From contig CM052839.1 in NCBI GenBank assembly GCA_028534125.1, forward strand, positions 45,260,001 to 45,324,000: a stretch of 64,000 bases of DNA, written 5' to 3'. Positions 10,801 to 21,699 of this stretch are shown piece after piece. Both the position numbers and the translations under genes were made by a program. Source of the stretch: Lama glama (Eukaryota). Each line of letters starts with the position of its first letter. The first letter of the stretch is position 1. The notes beneath the pieces were generated by a model. That model saw only the letters and a list, made by a program, of their open reading frames with translations. It was not told the DNA's origin and made no database searches.

Positions 10801-13800
10801 CAAGAACACCCAGTGGGATTCCAGGGCAACTGTGAGACCCCAGCCCTGCATGGGAGCGACGAGACCTGTCTTGGTGAGCGTCCCTGTGGCCACGGCAGGG
10901 CACGAAAGGGCAGGCGCAGGCCACCCCAGCCTGGACATGCCCCGGAGCTGGGCAGGGAGGGCAGGGAGGGCCGTGCTGAGACCTGAGGCTTGTCCTCTGG
11001 AAACTGCTGGGGCTCCAGGGCTGTGTCGGGGGCAGGCTGGCAGGGGTCCTCTGGGCCTGCAGCGCGCAAGCCAGCCCCTGCACGAGGGAACACAGCGTCG
11101 GCCACCTGGGGCAACGACTGTGGAGGAGCCCCTGTGACAGGCTGGGGAGGGGCGGAGGCAGGGCCCGGGGTGGTGCACGCCACAGTGGACCTCATGGAGC
11201 AGGGGCTGCCTGGGGAGCCCTGACCTTCTGGGGTGAGAGGTCAGGGAGCTGGTGCAGTGCTCTGTAGGGCCCCCATGTCCAGCTCCAGAGCAAGCGGGGC
11301 CGGAGCGGAGGAGCAGGGCCTGGGGGTTGCTGAGAGCGAGGCCCCTCCTCCAGGGTGGACGCCATCAACAGGCAGCGGCCCAGGAGCCAGGAGATGTCAG
11401 CAGAGCCCGCACCTCCTCCTCGGCCACAGGCCTCCCTGGGGGAGGGGGGTGTGGGGGTCGGGCACGAGGGTGTCTGCCTTCGGGGATGGCGGTACCCAGG
11501 GGTCACCATACCCAGAGTGTCCACACTGGGGGGGTGTCGACACTGGGATGTCCACACACAGGCTGAGGCAGCGGTGGGCGGGCGGCAGGGCAGCCTCTGG
11601 GCTCTCAGCCACACTCACCGGCATTACTGGCCTTGCGGGTCTCCTGGGCAGTGCTCCCCGGGCTCAGGGGCAGCTCCTGGGTGGGCTGGGGCTTCCCTGT
11701 CTCCCTGGTCCCCTTCAGCAGCCCGAGGTCAGTGTCGCCTGACTTCTGCGCTCGCTTCTGCTGCAGTTCCTGCCGCAGGGAGCGCCTGTGAGCAGCCCTG
11801 CCCAGGGGGTAGCAGGCAGAGGGCGGCCCCTGGTCCTCCCCGAGCCTCGCTGCCCGAGGCCCCACATCCAGGAGCTCGGGGAAAGGGGCGGTGGGGCCCC
11901 CGGTGGTGCTCTCGGCACACAGGGTCGCCCGGGCACCTGAATGGCCGCCCTCCGGGCCTGGCGTGCCTTCTCCTCCCGGGCCCTTCTCCTGGCTGCCTCC
12001 TTCTGCTGATGCTGCTCCAGGAGGGTCCCCTCTCCTAGCCGCTGCCGCTGCCCCTGCAGAGACCAAGCCACAGTGCAGACAGCGGGTTGCCCCACAAGGC
12101 CCCCAGCCTGCCGTTTCTCTGCCCCACAGAGAACAAGCTCCCTCTCCCAGGCACCCAGTGGACCCCGCAGATGGGACACAGCTTGGTGTCGCAGCCAGAA
12201 ACCCGCCCCAACTTTCAGCGGGTGCAACCCAACACCCAGGCACTGCCAACCGAGCAACTGGGGAGGGAGGAAGCTGGGCCCCCAGATGGGGTGGGCCCAG
12301 GGAAATTCTAGGTCCATCCCACCAGTCCGCATACGGCTGGGCCCCCACCCACACACCCACACCCACCCACACCCACACAGACCCACACACCCACACCCAC
12401 ACCCACCGCTCGCTTTGACTCCAGCAGGCGCTGCACGCTGGCCGCTCCTGCTCGGCGCCGCTGCACTTGGTGCCGGTACCAGCGCTGGATGGTGACGGCG
12501 GCCTGGTTCACCTGGTGGATAAACCTGCCGGAGAGCGGGGCTCAGGACTGAGGCAGCAGAGTGATGGGCTCCCCTCCCAAGTCCCCGAAGGCTGGCCAGG
12601 CGGGGACGCCGTGCACAGCGCCCGTCCTCAGGTGCCAACGTCCTGGGGAAAAGGAAACACCCACCCACACAGACTCCACTCACAATCGCCAGAAACCAGA
12701 GAGACCCGAAGGCCCACCACCTGGCTGCGGGGAGCAAGTGTGCGCCCGATGGGACGCCACTCATGGACCAGCGGCAACAAACTGGAGACGCAGCCAGGGC
12801 TGCAGTCGGCCCGTGGGGGAAGGCAAGCTGCAGGGACAGGCTGGTGTGGTCAGGATCACCTGGCAGGGACTGGCTGAGAGGCGTGTAGGGAACCCTGGGG
12901 GGGCGAGACGCTCTTTTTGCAGACCCGGCTGCACACGCGCCAAGCTCACAGACCTGTGTCCTAAAGGGGGCGCGCCCTGTGCACAAAGTGCACTCAGTAA
13001 CGTGGACTAAACCCAAAGCCTCCGTCCTGGCTCCCAGGATGCCCTGTCGATTCACTTGGCGAAGATGCTGACGGACCATCCAGGATGTGAACGGTCACCG
13101 GCCGTGGGACACGTGTGCAGAGGCCCGTCCACCACCTCACCCTGCTCGCCCACTTCCAGGGCCTGTCCCAAGCTCCATGGGGACAGCAGTGGTGACAGCC
13201 CAGCCAGGTGAGGCTCTCCAAGCGCAGCCTCTGATCGCTAGGTGGTTCCGGACTGGGCTCGTGGTCTCCAGCGGCAGGAGGCTCTGCCAGGCCCACCCTC
13301 CGCGGCCCCTGGGACAAGATTCCAGGGGCAGCCCTCCCACTTGTTCCTGAGTTTTTCAGTTGTCTTTCTACCAACAGTTTTACTGATACATACTTGCAAA
13401 ATTCACCCATTTTGAGTACACGACTCAGTGATTTGCAGTAAACTTAAAGAGTTGTATGACCATCCCCAGGGTCCAGTGCTGGGACGGCTCCATCACCCCT
13501 CGGAGACCCCCTCCTGCGCCGCCCCAGCCCCAGGCAGCCATCACTCTCCTTCCTGATTCTGCAGATCTGCCTCCTTGACATCTCTCCCCGGCACCTCAGG
13601 CCCCCTCCCGGCCCCAGCCCCGGGCGGTCACCTCTCGGCCTCCTCCTCAGTCACCTCCTTCCGTCTGAGCTGGCCCGTGGCACCTCCCGAGTTGCTCTGG
13701 ACCGCGTGGCTGCTGCGGGCCACGTTCTTCTGCGCCTTCCCGAAGCTGCAGCTCTCGCCCTCGCCCGTGGTGGCCTTGACGATATTGCTGACCGGAGGGG

Positions 13801-16800
13801 CAGAGAACGGCTCACGGACCTCAACCCTGGGGACAGCTCCACCCGCGGCTATGTCCCAGGCCTGGGAGGAGGTGCCCGCTGGACGCCAGCAGCAGGCAAG
13901 GTCCTGCTCCTGCTCTGATTTGCTGTTCATCTCTTGGGGCCGCCCTCTCCCCCCGGGGCCCATCTGGTGGCACCCAGGTTAAAAGGCTCTATGTTTAAAA
14001 CAGCAAAAAGGTCTCAAAAGCCACAAGATCCCAGAATGGATGGTGACTCAAGACACGCGTGCGCCACCCCTGACTCTGAGCGTGCCCTGAGGGTGACAGG
14101 GGGCGAGGTACCAGGGGATGCTTTGCTCTGCTCAGCCAAGCCCCACCCAAGACCCCCGCCGCTTCGGACTCGGCTGGGGACCCGAGCCAGGGGTTGGGGG
14201 GCTGTGGCTTCCTCAGTGGGCCCCAGGCCGGGTGCGCCCGGGTCCTGGGCCCGCGGTGAGACTGGAGCGAGGCCCTTACTTGAGGGAGGGAGCCGTGTGG
14301 TTGGAGCTCTTGGGGGGCGGCGGCGCCTTCTCCGAGGGAGGATAGCGGTTGTGCACCATGGTGGTCACGCAGTTGCCCACGGCTCCCTTGCTGCTCCTGC
14401 GGGAACAGATGGGAGGCGGCGTCCAGCTCTGGGAAGGAGGCGGACCCCGCGTCTCGCGCTCAGGGCCTGTGCTCACTTGGTGTCATCCCAGAGTCCCTGT
14501 GGGGCCCCGTCCACAGCCACCGCACCCAGCCGTGGGCCCTTCTTGGGACCCAGGACAGCTCCAGCAGGGCTGTTCCACTGAGCAGAACCAGAGGTGTGAG
14601 CGGTGAAAACCACCGCGACCCCCGACATCGGACACGCCTGTGATGGGGGAACGGCCACGGACTGGTCGACGGAGAGAGGGCCTCTCCATGCCGGCCACAC
14701 AGTCACACGGGGCGGGTGGCACAGGCACTGTGCTTTCTCTGCCCCTCTCAGAGCCACTGGAAGGAGTAAAGACAGCGTAATCACACAAAGACGAGAGGAG
14801 ACAGCGGCAGAGAGATGTCCATGAAGCGTTAGAGGTGGAGGAACAGAAGGGCCAGTGGTGAGGGACGCACAAAGTGAGGGAGCGGAGCCCCAGGTGCTGC
14901 AGGCAGCTGGTCTGCACCCCAGAACCCGGGGAGGGGCAGGGAGCAGAGGCACCGGCTCTCCAAGGAAGCCCGTGCCTGGACCCCCCTCCTTGCCCCGAGC
15001 ATCAGACGCCAGCCCCCTCCCCGCCTCGGCCCTGCAGAGGACGAGGCTGGGTCTCCGGTGAAGCAGTCTGTGCTGCGAGCCAGGGCAGCCCCACCCCTCC
15101 CCAGCCGGCCTGCAGCACTGGCGGCCAGGACGCGAACCCCAGCGTAGGAGACAAGAGGACCGCTCCCCGGAGAGGGTGGGCAGCCCCGAGAAAAGGCCCA
15201 GATGCTGACCCCAGCACAGCAGCCTGGCCCCTGCACAACCACCCAGAAGTGAAGCTGCCTGGAAAAGGCTTCCCGGCAACTCGCAGGGCCTTGAACTCCG
15301 GGAACACTTGGGGAAAGACCCACAAGAGAAAGATCAGCAAACAGAATGTGATGGAAATGAGGCTAAACAGAGAACAGCACCGCGCGGGCGGGACGGAGGG
15401 CGCGCTGGGGTGCAAGGTGGAGGCAGGGCGGCGGACAGTGAGCCCATCTTCCACGTGGGTCACGCCCGAGGCTGAAAACCAGTCGACAAGGAGCCGCCCT
15501 GGCATGTCTTGAGAAAGGTTTTCTAGAAAATACGAGAACGAACAGCCTGCACGTGGCTGCTTCTGGGGAGCAGGGCTCGGGGCGGGGAGGGGCGCGTGGG
15601 CGGGCTGTTTTCCTCCTGAAGTCAGTGCCACTGTTCAACTTTCTAGCTGTATGCACGTATCACTGTGATGGGAATTAGAATTAAGTCTTAATTTGAATTC
15701 TCACGTTGAAACCAAGAATCCCTCCTGCGCCGGCTCTGGTGAAGGCCTCTCAAAGGCCATTCCTTTGATAAATGGCTCTAAAGGTTGGGAAATTCTTTCT
15801 TGTACTGAGGCAAATGTGTCTCAGCCCCTCTGCCCATGTGCGGGTCGCGAGTGGGTCCCAGCTGAGGCCGAGAGCCAGGGGGACAGGCGTTCCTGCAGGT
15901 GGGGGCGCTGCCCTCGGCTCCTTCTCTCTGGGCTTCTCCAGATGCCCCCATCTGACCACTCATGGCCACCAGCCCCGACGGCTGAGGTCCCAGCCTGCCT
16001 GGCCCTCCCTCTCCAGCCCCCGCTGCTGTCTTGCTGTGAGTGGCATGGCTGAGAAGTGACCAGCACGGCCAGGATGCTGACCAGTTCTGGGCAGTGAGCA
16101 GGTGCCCCCGAGGCAGCTCCGTCCTCCCCTCCAGACAGACTGAGGCTGAACCTTAAGGTCTCCCGGGGCCCGGAGTGAGCCTCATCCAGGCCTGACTGCT
16201 TCAAGAGTGAAGCCGGGCATCTTGGGTCCTGGGGGGAGTGCTGGGTGCAAAACACCACGTTGCAGCCTCTTCCCTCGGCCCTCAGGTAGGGAAGGCCAAT
16301 CGTTCATTCCCACACTCACTCATTCCAAAGCACCCGGTCCAGCCATGAACAAGACAAAGTGGCTGCCCCGGGAGCTCTGGGTGGGCGGGGCCGCGTGGCC
16401 CCTGCAGCTGCCGCACCTATTGTTGGCAGTGAAGGTGGGCGCCAGGGGCACCGTGCACTCTCTCCTCCGTGGGCCCGCTGGCACGTCGAGGGCGCTGGGA
16501 CTCTGGGCGTCGGGCGGCGAGCTGAAGGCCATGGGCCGGTCGTCCTGTCAGTGCACACAGCCCGTGACCCCGCCGCACACGCCCCTGACCCCCGTCACTC
16601 CCACGCACAGGGGGCGGTGAGGCGGCCCCGGGACGGGGGCGTTCTTTGCTCCCCCTCATGTCCAGCCCTGTGGTCAAAGCTGGCCAACACTGGCGCCCCC
16701 CTCCTGCCAGTCCCCACCCCCAGAGGAATAGTGAGAACAAAGACAGAATGGGGGTCACTCCCCACAGACACCAGCCACCCGACATCCCGTCCGCTCCGCT

Positions 16801-18236
16801 CAGCCGCTGGCCTCACCAGGATGTTCCACGTGGCTCCCTTCTCACTAGAAGTTCTGCTTGGACCAGCCAGCCTCTTTCTCTCACTGGGGCTGCCCTCAGA
16901 GAGCAACAGGGAGTCCGGGGGCTCCGTCGGCCTGTGTCGGGAGAGGGCACAAGCAGGGACCATCCCTCAGCCCAGGAGCCTGGCTCCAGGGACCCAGACT
17001 GGGGGTGTCTTATGAGGGAACAGGAGGGGCCGGCTCTCCAGCGGGGACTTCTGTGCCAAGCCCACAACATAAAGCGTCGTTTCTCAGCCCTGATCTGACA
17101 ACCACGCTTGGGTCAGGCGTCACACCCCATCCTGCGGCCACCAAGACTCCCACAAGGCACAGCACGGACAAAGGGAGAGGAGCGGGCAGGGGACACCAGC
17201 CTCAGGGCCGCATCTCTGTGCACAGACTCACCCCACCCGCCCCGCCCAGGGCTGGCCCCGTGCTCCTGCTGGTGAGGCTGCGGGAAGGGCTGACCAGGCA
17301 GGAGAGGAGCAGGCCGCGGTCCCCTGAGGGGACAGGAGGCTACCTGCGGGGGCCGGTCCACGCATGGTCGGCTTGTGACTGGTTGACCTGCGTGGTGCTG
17401 TTAGATCTGCGAAGGTTGTTGGCAGCCTGGGAGCCTCTGGGCCCTGGGGCCTCCTGCAAAAAGAGGGGAGGCCACCAACCACGTAGCAAAGGTTTCAGTC
17501 ACCCGCCAGTTCACTCAGCTGGTGGCAGGTGGGCAGAGGTAGCAGCGTGGGGGTCTTGGGTGTGGCCTTGGCCTCTCTGGCATGAAGTGGGAGCCCCTCA
17601 CCCCAGACAGGTGGAGGGTCCTAGAGGAGATGCGTGAGGCCTGTCCGGGTGCCACGGCAAAGGCTGATGGGCCCCTGGTCCCCTTCTAACCAGCAAGCCT
17701 TGCTGCCCGCTCCCGGCTGCCCGCCTGCCCTGGGGCTCGTCTCCGTCCCCCCACGTCAGCCCGTTTGCGGAGGGCTCCGACAAATCCAGGCGCTGCTGGA
17801 GCACAACGGACAGAGGGCTCTGCCTGGGGTCAGCCGACCCATCCTCGACCTCTCTTGAGTCAGCTCCCTGGTCCACAAGCCGAGTCCTTCCTGCCCTAGG
17901 ACAGCCCCGGAGTGGACGGGTGGTGGATGAGAGGACGCCGGCTGAGGTGTGGAGCCCACCCAGGGGGCAGACGCCACCCTAGGGCAGGGGCCCTGGATGC
18001 CCAAGGACCAGACGCTAACACTGCTCCAGGCGTGGCTGTCAGATCAGGGCTCTCACACTCACCGGCGCCTTCCTCCCGGGCGCGCCACCCGTGACCATGG
18101 AGATGGAGCGGGTGATGGGCTTGGCGGCAGAGGCGCTGCTGGGGCGCCGGGACACGGGCGGAGGGAGGCCCGCCAGACACAGGTCCACGCTTCCAGGGCT
18201 GCCCGCAGGGCTGCCAATGGCCCTGGGGCCTTTCAT
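7755..18236 (-). CDS. CEP131: CEP131 (AZI1) centrosomal/centriolar satellite protein, 5' 16 coding exons (705 codons); 3' exons missing in N gap
   Basis: join(complement): 18063-18236,17344-17453,16817-16931,16417-16544,14280-14396,13632-13787,12407-12524,11937-12053,11619-11769,10983-11077,10369-10554,9843-10019,9641-9766,9434-9559,8295-8411,7755-7857. All introns are GT-AG and phases are consistent. Peptides MKGPRAIGS..., [24 protein letters not shown]-like [15 protein letters not shown] and [25 protein letters not shown] match recalled mammalian CEP131. Confidence 0.96.
8295..8411 (-). CDS. CEP131: CEP131 coding exon 15
   Basis: [21 protein letters not shown]...QHEL. Confidence 0.94.
9434..9559 (-). 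CDS. CEP131: CEP131 coding exon 14
   Basis: [16 protein letters not shown]...[15 protein letters not shown]. Confidence 0.94.
9641..9766 (-). CDS. CEP131: CEP131 coding exon 13
   Basis: ...[25 protein letters not shown]. Confidence 0.93.
9843..10019 (-). CDS. CEP131: CEP131 coding exon 12
   Basis: [16 protein letters not shown]...[16 protein letters not shown]. Confidence 0.93.
10369..10554 (-). CDS. CEP131: CEP131 coding exon 11
   Basis: DASSQD...[34 protein letters not shown]. Confidence 0.9.
10983..11077 (-). CDS. CEP131: CEP131 coding exon 10
   Basis: [14 protein letters not shown]...PEDKPQ; phase 1 to 0 fits neighbouring exons. Confidence 0.87.
11619..11769 (-). CDS. CEP131: CEP131 coding exon 9
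   Basis: [11 protein letters not shown]...KASNA. Confidence 0.9.
11937..12053 (-). CDS. CEP131: CEP131 coding exon 8
   Basis: [39 protein letters not shown]. Confidence 0.93.
12345..12406. repeat. (CACACC/CACC)n low-complexity tandem repeat abutting a CEP131 donor
   Basis: cccacacacccacacccacccacacccacacagacccacacacccacacccacaccc. Confidence 0.9.
12407..12524 (-). CDS. CEP131: CEP131 coding exon 7 (IQ-like motif)
   Basis: [24 protein letters not shown]... Confidence 0.93.
13370..13585 (-). mobile_element. L1M 3'-terminal fragment
   Basis: acagttttactgatacatac...aaattcacccattttgagtacac...catcacccc...ccccaggcagccatcactct. Confidence 0.7.
13632..13787 (-). CDS. CEP131: CEP131 coding exon 6
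   Basis: [12 protein letters not shown]...[12 protein letters not shown]. Confidence 0.93.
14280..14396 (-). CDS. CEP131: CEP131 coding exon 5
   Basis: [18 protein letters not shown]...TAPSL. Confidence 0.93.
16417..16544 (-). CDS. CEP131: CEP131 coding exon 4
   Basis: [10 protein letters not shown]...[15 protein letters not shown]. Confidence 0.92.
16817..16931 (-). CDS. CEP131: CEP131 coding exon 3
   Basis: [16 protein letters not shown]...[10 protein letters not shown]. Confidence 0.92.
17344..17453 (-). CDS. CEP131: CEP131 coding exon 2
   Basis: [25 protein letters not shown]...; AG/GT flanks. Confidence 0.88.
18063..18236 (-). CDS. CEP131: CEP131 coding exon 1 (ATG at 18236)
   Basis: [32 protein letters not shown]...RKAP; acceptor ctctcag at 18252-18253; donor gtgagt. 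Confidence 0.93.
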
Positions 18237-18519
18237 GTGGCCAGGCAAGCCCTGAGAGGAGAAAGGGAGTAAGGAGACGCCCTCCGAGGAACCGGGCCCT
18301 GCACCCACCACCTTCAACTGGGCCTCAGGGGCTCAGGGCACCTGGGTCTGCGGCCACCAAGCTCTCCACCCTGTTCTCTGGGTGGCCGTCTCCTTGTTGG
18401 GACCCTGAGCGTGAGCTGCAAGAGGAGGGCCTCCTGGGCTCCAGAAGACCCCCCCACCCGCCTGGGAGGCTGCCCTGCCCTGCAGTCGTGGCTGTGAGCC
18501 CCCACCCCTGTGACAGGCA

Positions 18520-18780
18520 CCACGCCAGCCCGGGCCTCGCGCTCCGCATCTGCGGAATGGGCATTTAAGAAGGTGCCTCCATGGCGGGGGTGTAGCTCAA
18601 GTGGCAGAGCGAGTGCTTAGCGTGCACAGGGCCCTGGGTTCAATCCCAGTGCCCCCTCCAAAAACAAACAAATAAATAAATAAACCTAATATCCACCCCG
18701 CCCCCTAAAGAAGGTGCCTCCTCACGGGTTATCACGAGGCTCAGACAAGACGGCCGTGGGGCTGGCGCGTGGTGAGCCCC
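18520..18780 (+). mobile_element. MIR remnant interrupted by the SINE at 18581-18707
   Basis: gggcctcgcgctccgcatctgcggaatggg...cctcctcacgggttatcacgaggctca matches the MIR core pattern (gcctcagtttcctcatctgtaaaatggg...cctacctcatagggttgttgtgagg) with GC-biased changes. Confidence 0.6.
18581..18707 (+). mobile_element. tRNA-derived SINE (camelid Vic-1 type) with 14-bp TSD
   Basis: gggggtgtagctcaagtggcagagc (A box) ... gggttcaatccc (B box) ... aaataaataaataaacctaat. TSD aagaaggtgcctcc at 18567-18580 and 18708-18721. Confidence 0.9.
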
Positions 18781-20259
18781 AGCAGGCGACGTTCTAACTG
18801 GGACTTGGCCTCCAAACTTATCCGGCTACAGAGCCCCCTCCAATCCCTCAGGACTCCCGGAACATCCACAGCCTTCCGGTAGGAGCATCGGCTCTCATGT
18901 CAGGGCTCCCCTCCTCCCCACCTAGAGCGGCTGCCTTCCCAGGGCCCCTCACTGGCCCAACCGACCGCTCCACCCTGGGGCACCGCCTCCAGCTTCAAAC
19001 ACCATCCATGGGCCAACGGTTCCCAAGGGCATACCTCCCGCCCCCTGTGTCTCCTCACTCCCAGCTGAGATGACCTCGGAGCTCTCCACACCTCAGACCC
19101 AGACTCCTGACTGCTACCTCCAGCTGCCCCTCCCCAGCCGGGATCCCAGGCCAAAGACCCAGCTCTCATCCCAACACCTTCCCCTCAGCAACCAGGCCAG
19201 AGTCCTCTACCGTCAGTCCCTCCCCTCCACAAGCCCCCAGCATCTCCTCAAACCTGGACAACCACAGCCGCCCCCCCTCCGGCCCTCCCCAGCCGGCCCA
19301 GCCCCTCCCCACGTGGCACCCAGAGCTGACCTCTGAACCGGGTCTCAGGGCGGGCTGCGCACCTGCTGGACACCCTCCAAGGGCTCCCAGGTAAAGCCCA
19401 TGTGCCTCACCGCTCGGACCTGACCCTGGTCTCTGTGACCTCCTCGCTTGGCCCCCCCTTGATCTGCTTGGGACCCTTCCCAGGATGTCCCCTTCACTCA
19501 GAGGCCTGCCTGTCCCTGTTACTCTTCACGCCCTCATCCCGCTTCATCTTTCTTCACCTGGCCACCTGCCCACACAGGTTGGTGTGTGCACCATCTGAAT
19601 GTCAGCCCCACGAGGACAGGGACCATGCAGCCCAGCAGCTGGCATGCGGCTGGTGCTCAAGGAACAGGAGTGGATGCACCGGCACCAGGGGTGACCAGAG
19701 AGGAATGAGCGTAGCCCTCCGTGCCACCGAGAGCTCTGCTGGGCCAGTGGGCACACACCATCGTCACCTGAGCTCAGGGCTGCAGTCTCCTTCAGCCCCG
19801 ACACCCACAGAGCCCCCACTCTCTAGAGCGAGGGCAGAGGCTGTCCCTGCCACTCACCAGGCCGGTGTCCTCAGTTATGCGTTTCCGGTCGTGTGGGTGG
19901 AATTTAACCCCCTCCTCTCCTCAGGAGAGGGTCCAGCCACGTCCAGCTGCACCCAGGCTGGCCCATGCGAGGAGTGTGCGGGGCTCTGGGACGGCAAACA
20001 CAACCTCTCCGTGGAAACCTCCAGGCCGGACCTCACCTTGTACGCAGAGGTGTCCCTCCCAGGACCTGAAGGTGGGTGTCCGGAGCTGCTGCCTGGGCCC
20101 CCCAGAATGGGCTGACTCAGGGCCCCATGCAGCGTCTCTGTCTGGAAGCTGCTCATCTCCCTGGGGTTTGTTTCAAGGTGGTGAGATGAGACTGCTGACT
20201 AGAATCCACACCATCCTCTGGGGAAGGCATGAGAAGCTCCCCGGCCCTGTGCGGGGGCA

Positions 20260-20560
20260 CCTACACCTTCTCCCTCATCTGAGCAGACCCCGGACATCCT
20301 CACCTGTGCAGGGACCTCCGTTACCAGCGTAAAACCCCTCACTGTGCGAGTGCCAGGCACCCACACCTGCGCTGGCCTCCCCACGTGGGAGGGCCGGGGA
20401 CCACCTCACCTGAGCAGGGACCCCCTCAACAGCACAAGGCCCCACTCACCTACACGGCTCATCTCACCTGCGCAGCCCGGCATGCCCGTCCCTGAGCGGG
20501 CCCAGCAGCCCCTTCACCTGCACGGGCCACGCCACCTGCGCAGGGACCCGCTCACCTGCA
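20260..20560. repeat. Degenerate ~18-25-bp tandem repeat (core ctcacctgcgcagggaccc)
   Basis: At least 8 copies of (c/t)cacctg/cacct followed by gcaggg/acggg-type tails. Confidence 0.7.
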
Positions 20561-20760
20561 CGGGTCGGGCCTGGGACGCAGGGCCTGCGGGACCGAACGG
20601 CGAGAGGTGCGCGGGGCCCTTCAAGCTGGATCGCGCGGGGCCGAGGCCTCGGGCAGCGACCTTGCGCCCCCGGCCCCGGCGCTAACTCCGAGGCTCGGTG
20701 ACAATGAAGCGTCCTGGCGGCTGGGGGAGCGGCGGCAGCTAGCAACCAGAAAACAGCCTG
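20556..20760 (-). other. CEP131: Probable non-coding exon 1 of CEP131 (5' end approximate)
   Basis: Lies in the CpG island just downstream (minus strand) of CCAAT/ETS boxes. CAG|GTGAGC donor at 20555-20554. The first coding exon has an acceptor at 18252-18253, 15 nt before the ATG, so an upstream exon is required. Confidence 0.6.
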
Positions 20761-21630
20761 GCACCTCCTCCCCGTCCGTCACGGAGGCCCGCCTTTCCTG
20801 CCCACGCCGCTTCCGGATTGGCGCCCCGGGGGCCCGCTCCGGGCGTCCCGGGAGCTCATTGGGCCGCTCGGCCGTCCTTCGGGAAGTTTAGGCGTGGGAG
20901 GAGCCGCGGAGAGCAGGGGACCGTGGCGGAGGCGGGCTGCTGATTGGACGTGGCTGGAGGAGGCGGGGTCTGGCTGATGCGGGGGCGGGTCCCAGGAGGA
21001 GCCTCTGGGAGAGGGTGGGAAGGAGGAGGAAGGGGCGGGGCGCGCGCTGCGGCCCCGCACCTCTTCCGCAGGGCTCAGCCTGCCTGTGGGGCGCCCGCGG
21101 GGCTCCGGGCTCCGTCCTTGCCAAGGCCTGTCTGGGCACGTGGGTCTCGCTGCCCGCTGGAGGCTCCGTGCTGGGGTCCGGGCCTGTGAGTCCCAGGGAG
21201 GCCCGCCTGGCGGAGACGCGAAGCTGCGCGCTGGCGGGGAGCGCCTTCCCCGGGCAGCCCTGACACCGCCCCGGCCCCGCGCCCGGCGCCCTCCTCCCGC
21301 CCGAGGCCGCGCGGTGGGTCGCCCTTGCTCCTGTCTCCGTTCTTTCTCTCGACAGTGCCTTCCGTCTTTCTTTCTGCCTGCTCCGAAGTTTCCGGACCTC
21401 CACCCCGCCCCCAGGGCTTTGGGGTTGCCTCCTTTTGTAACCGGCGTCCAGACCACAGGCCCCACCGGCAGGGCTCCCTCCGTGGCGCCCCGCGTGTCCC
21501 ACGCCTGCGCTGCGCGTCCTCCGCAGCCGGCCCGTGGGCCCGGCGCGCCCAGCCCCGCGCCCCTCCGCTGGATTCCGCCGTCGGCACCCCTCTCACGGGG
21601 AAAGCCGCCCCTCCGCCATGCGGCTTCTGG
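20560..21630. promoter_or_regulatory. CpG-island promoter of CEP131
   Basis: Dense CpG. ATTGG (minus-strand CCAAT) near 20817, 20858 and 20943; ETS-like CTTCCGG at 20810-20816; GC boxes; RFX-like half site ctagcaac at ~20739-20746. Confidence 0.8.
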
Positions 21631-21699
21631 TCCCACCAGCAAAGAGTCTCATCTTTCCCTTCGAAGTAATAGCTCGTTGCTGGTCTTTGCCCCACTTTT

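Noticed and set aside
18581-18660. tRNA-like A/B boxes (also at 23602, 63902 and 3695-3820)
   Set aside because: Followed by the AT-rich SINE tail and flanked by TSDs, so these are SINEs rather than tRNA genes.
20260-20560. Repeat-spacer appearance resembling a CRISPR array
   Set aside because: Mammalian intron, degenerate short units with irregular spacing, no cas genes.
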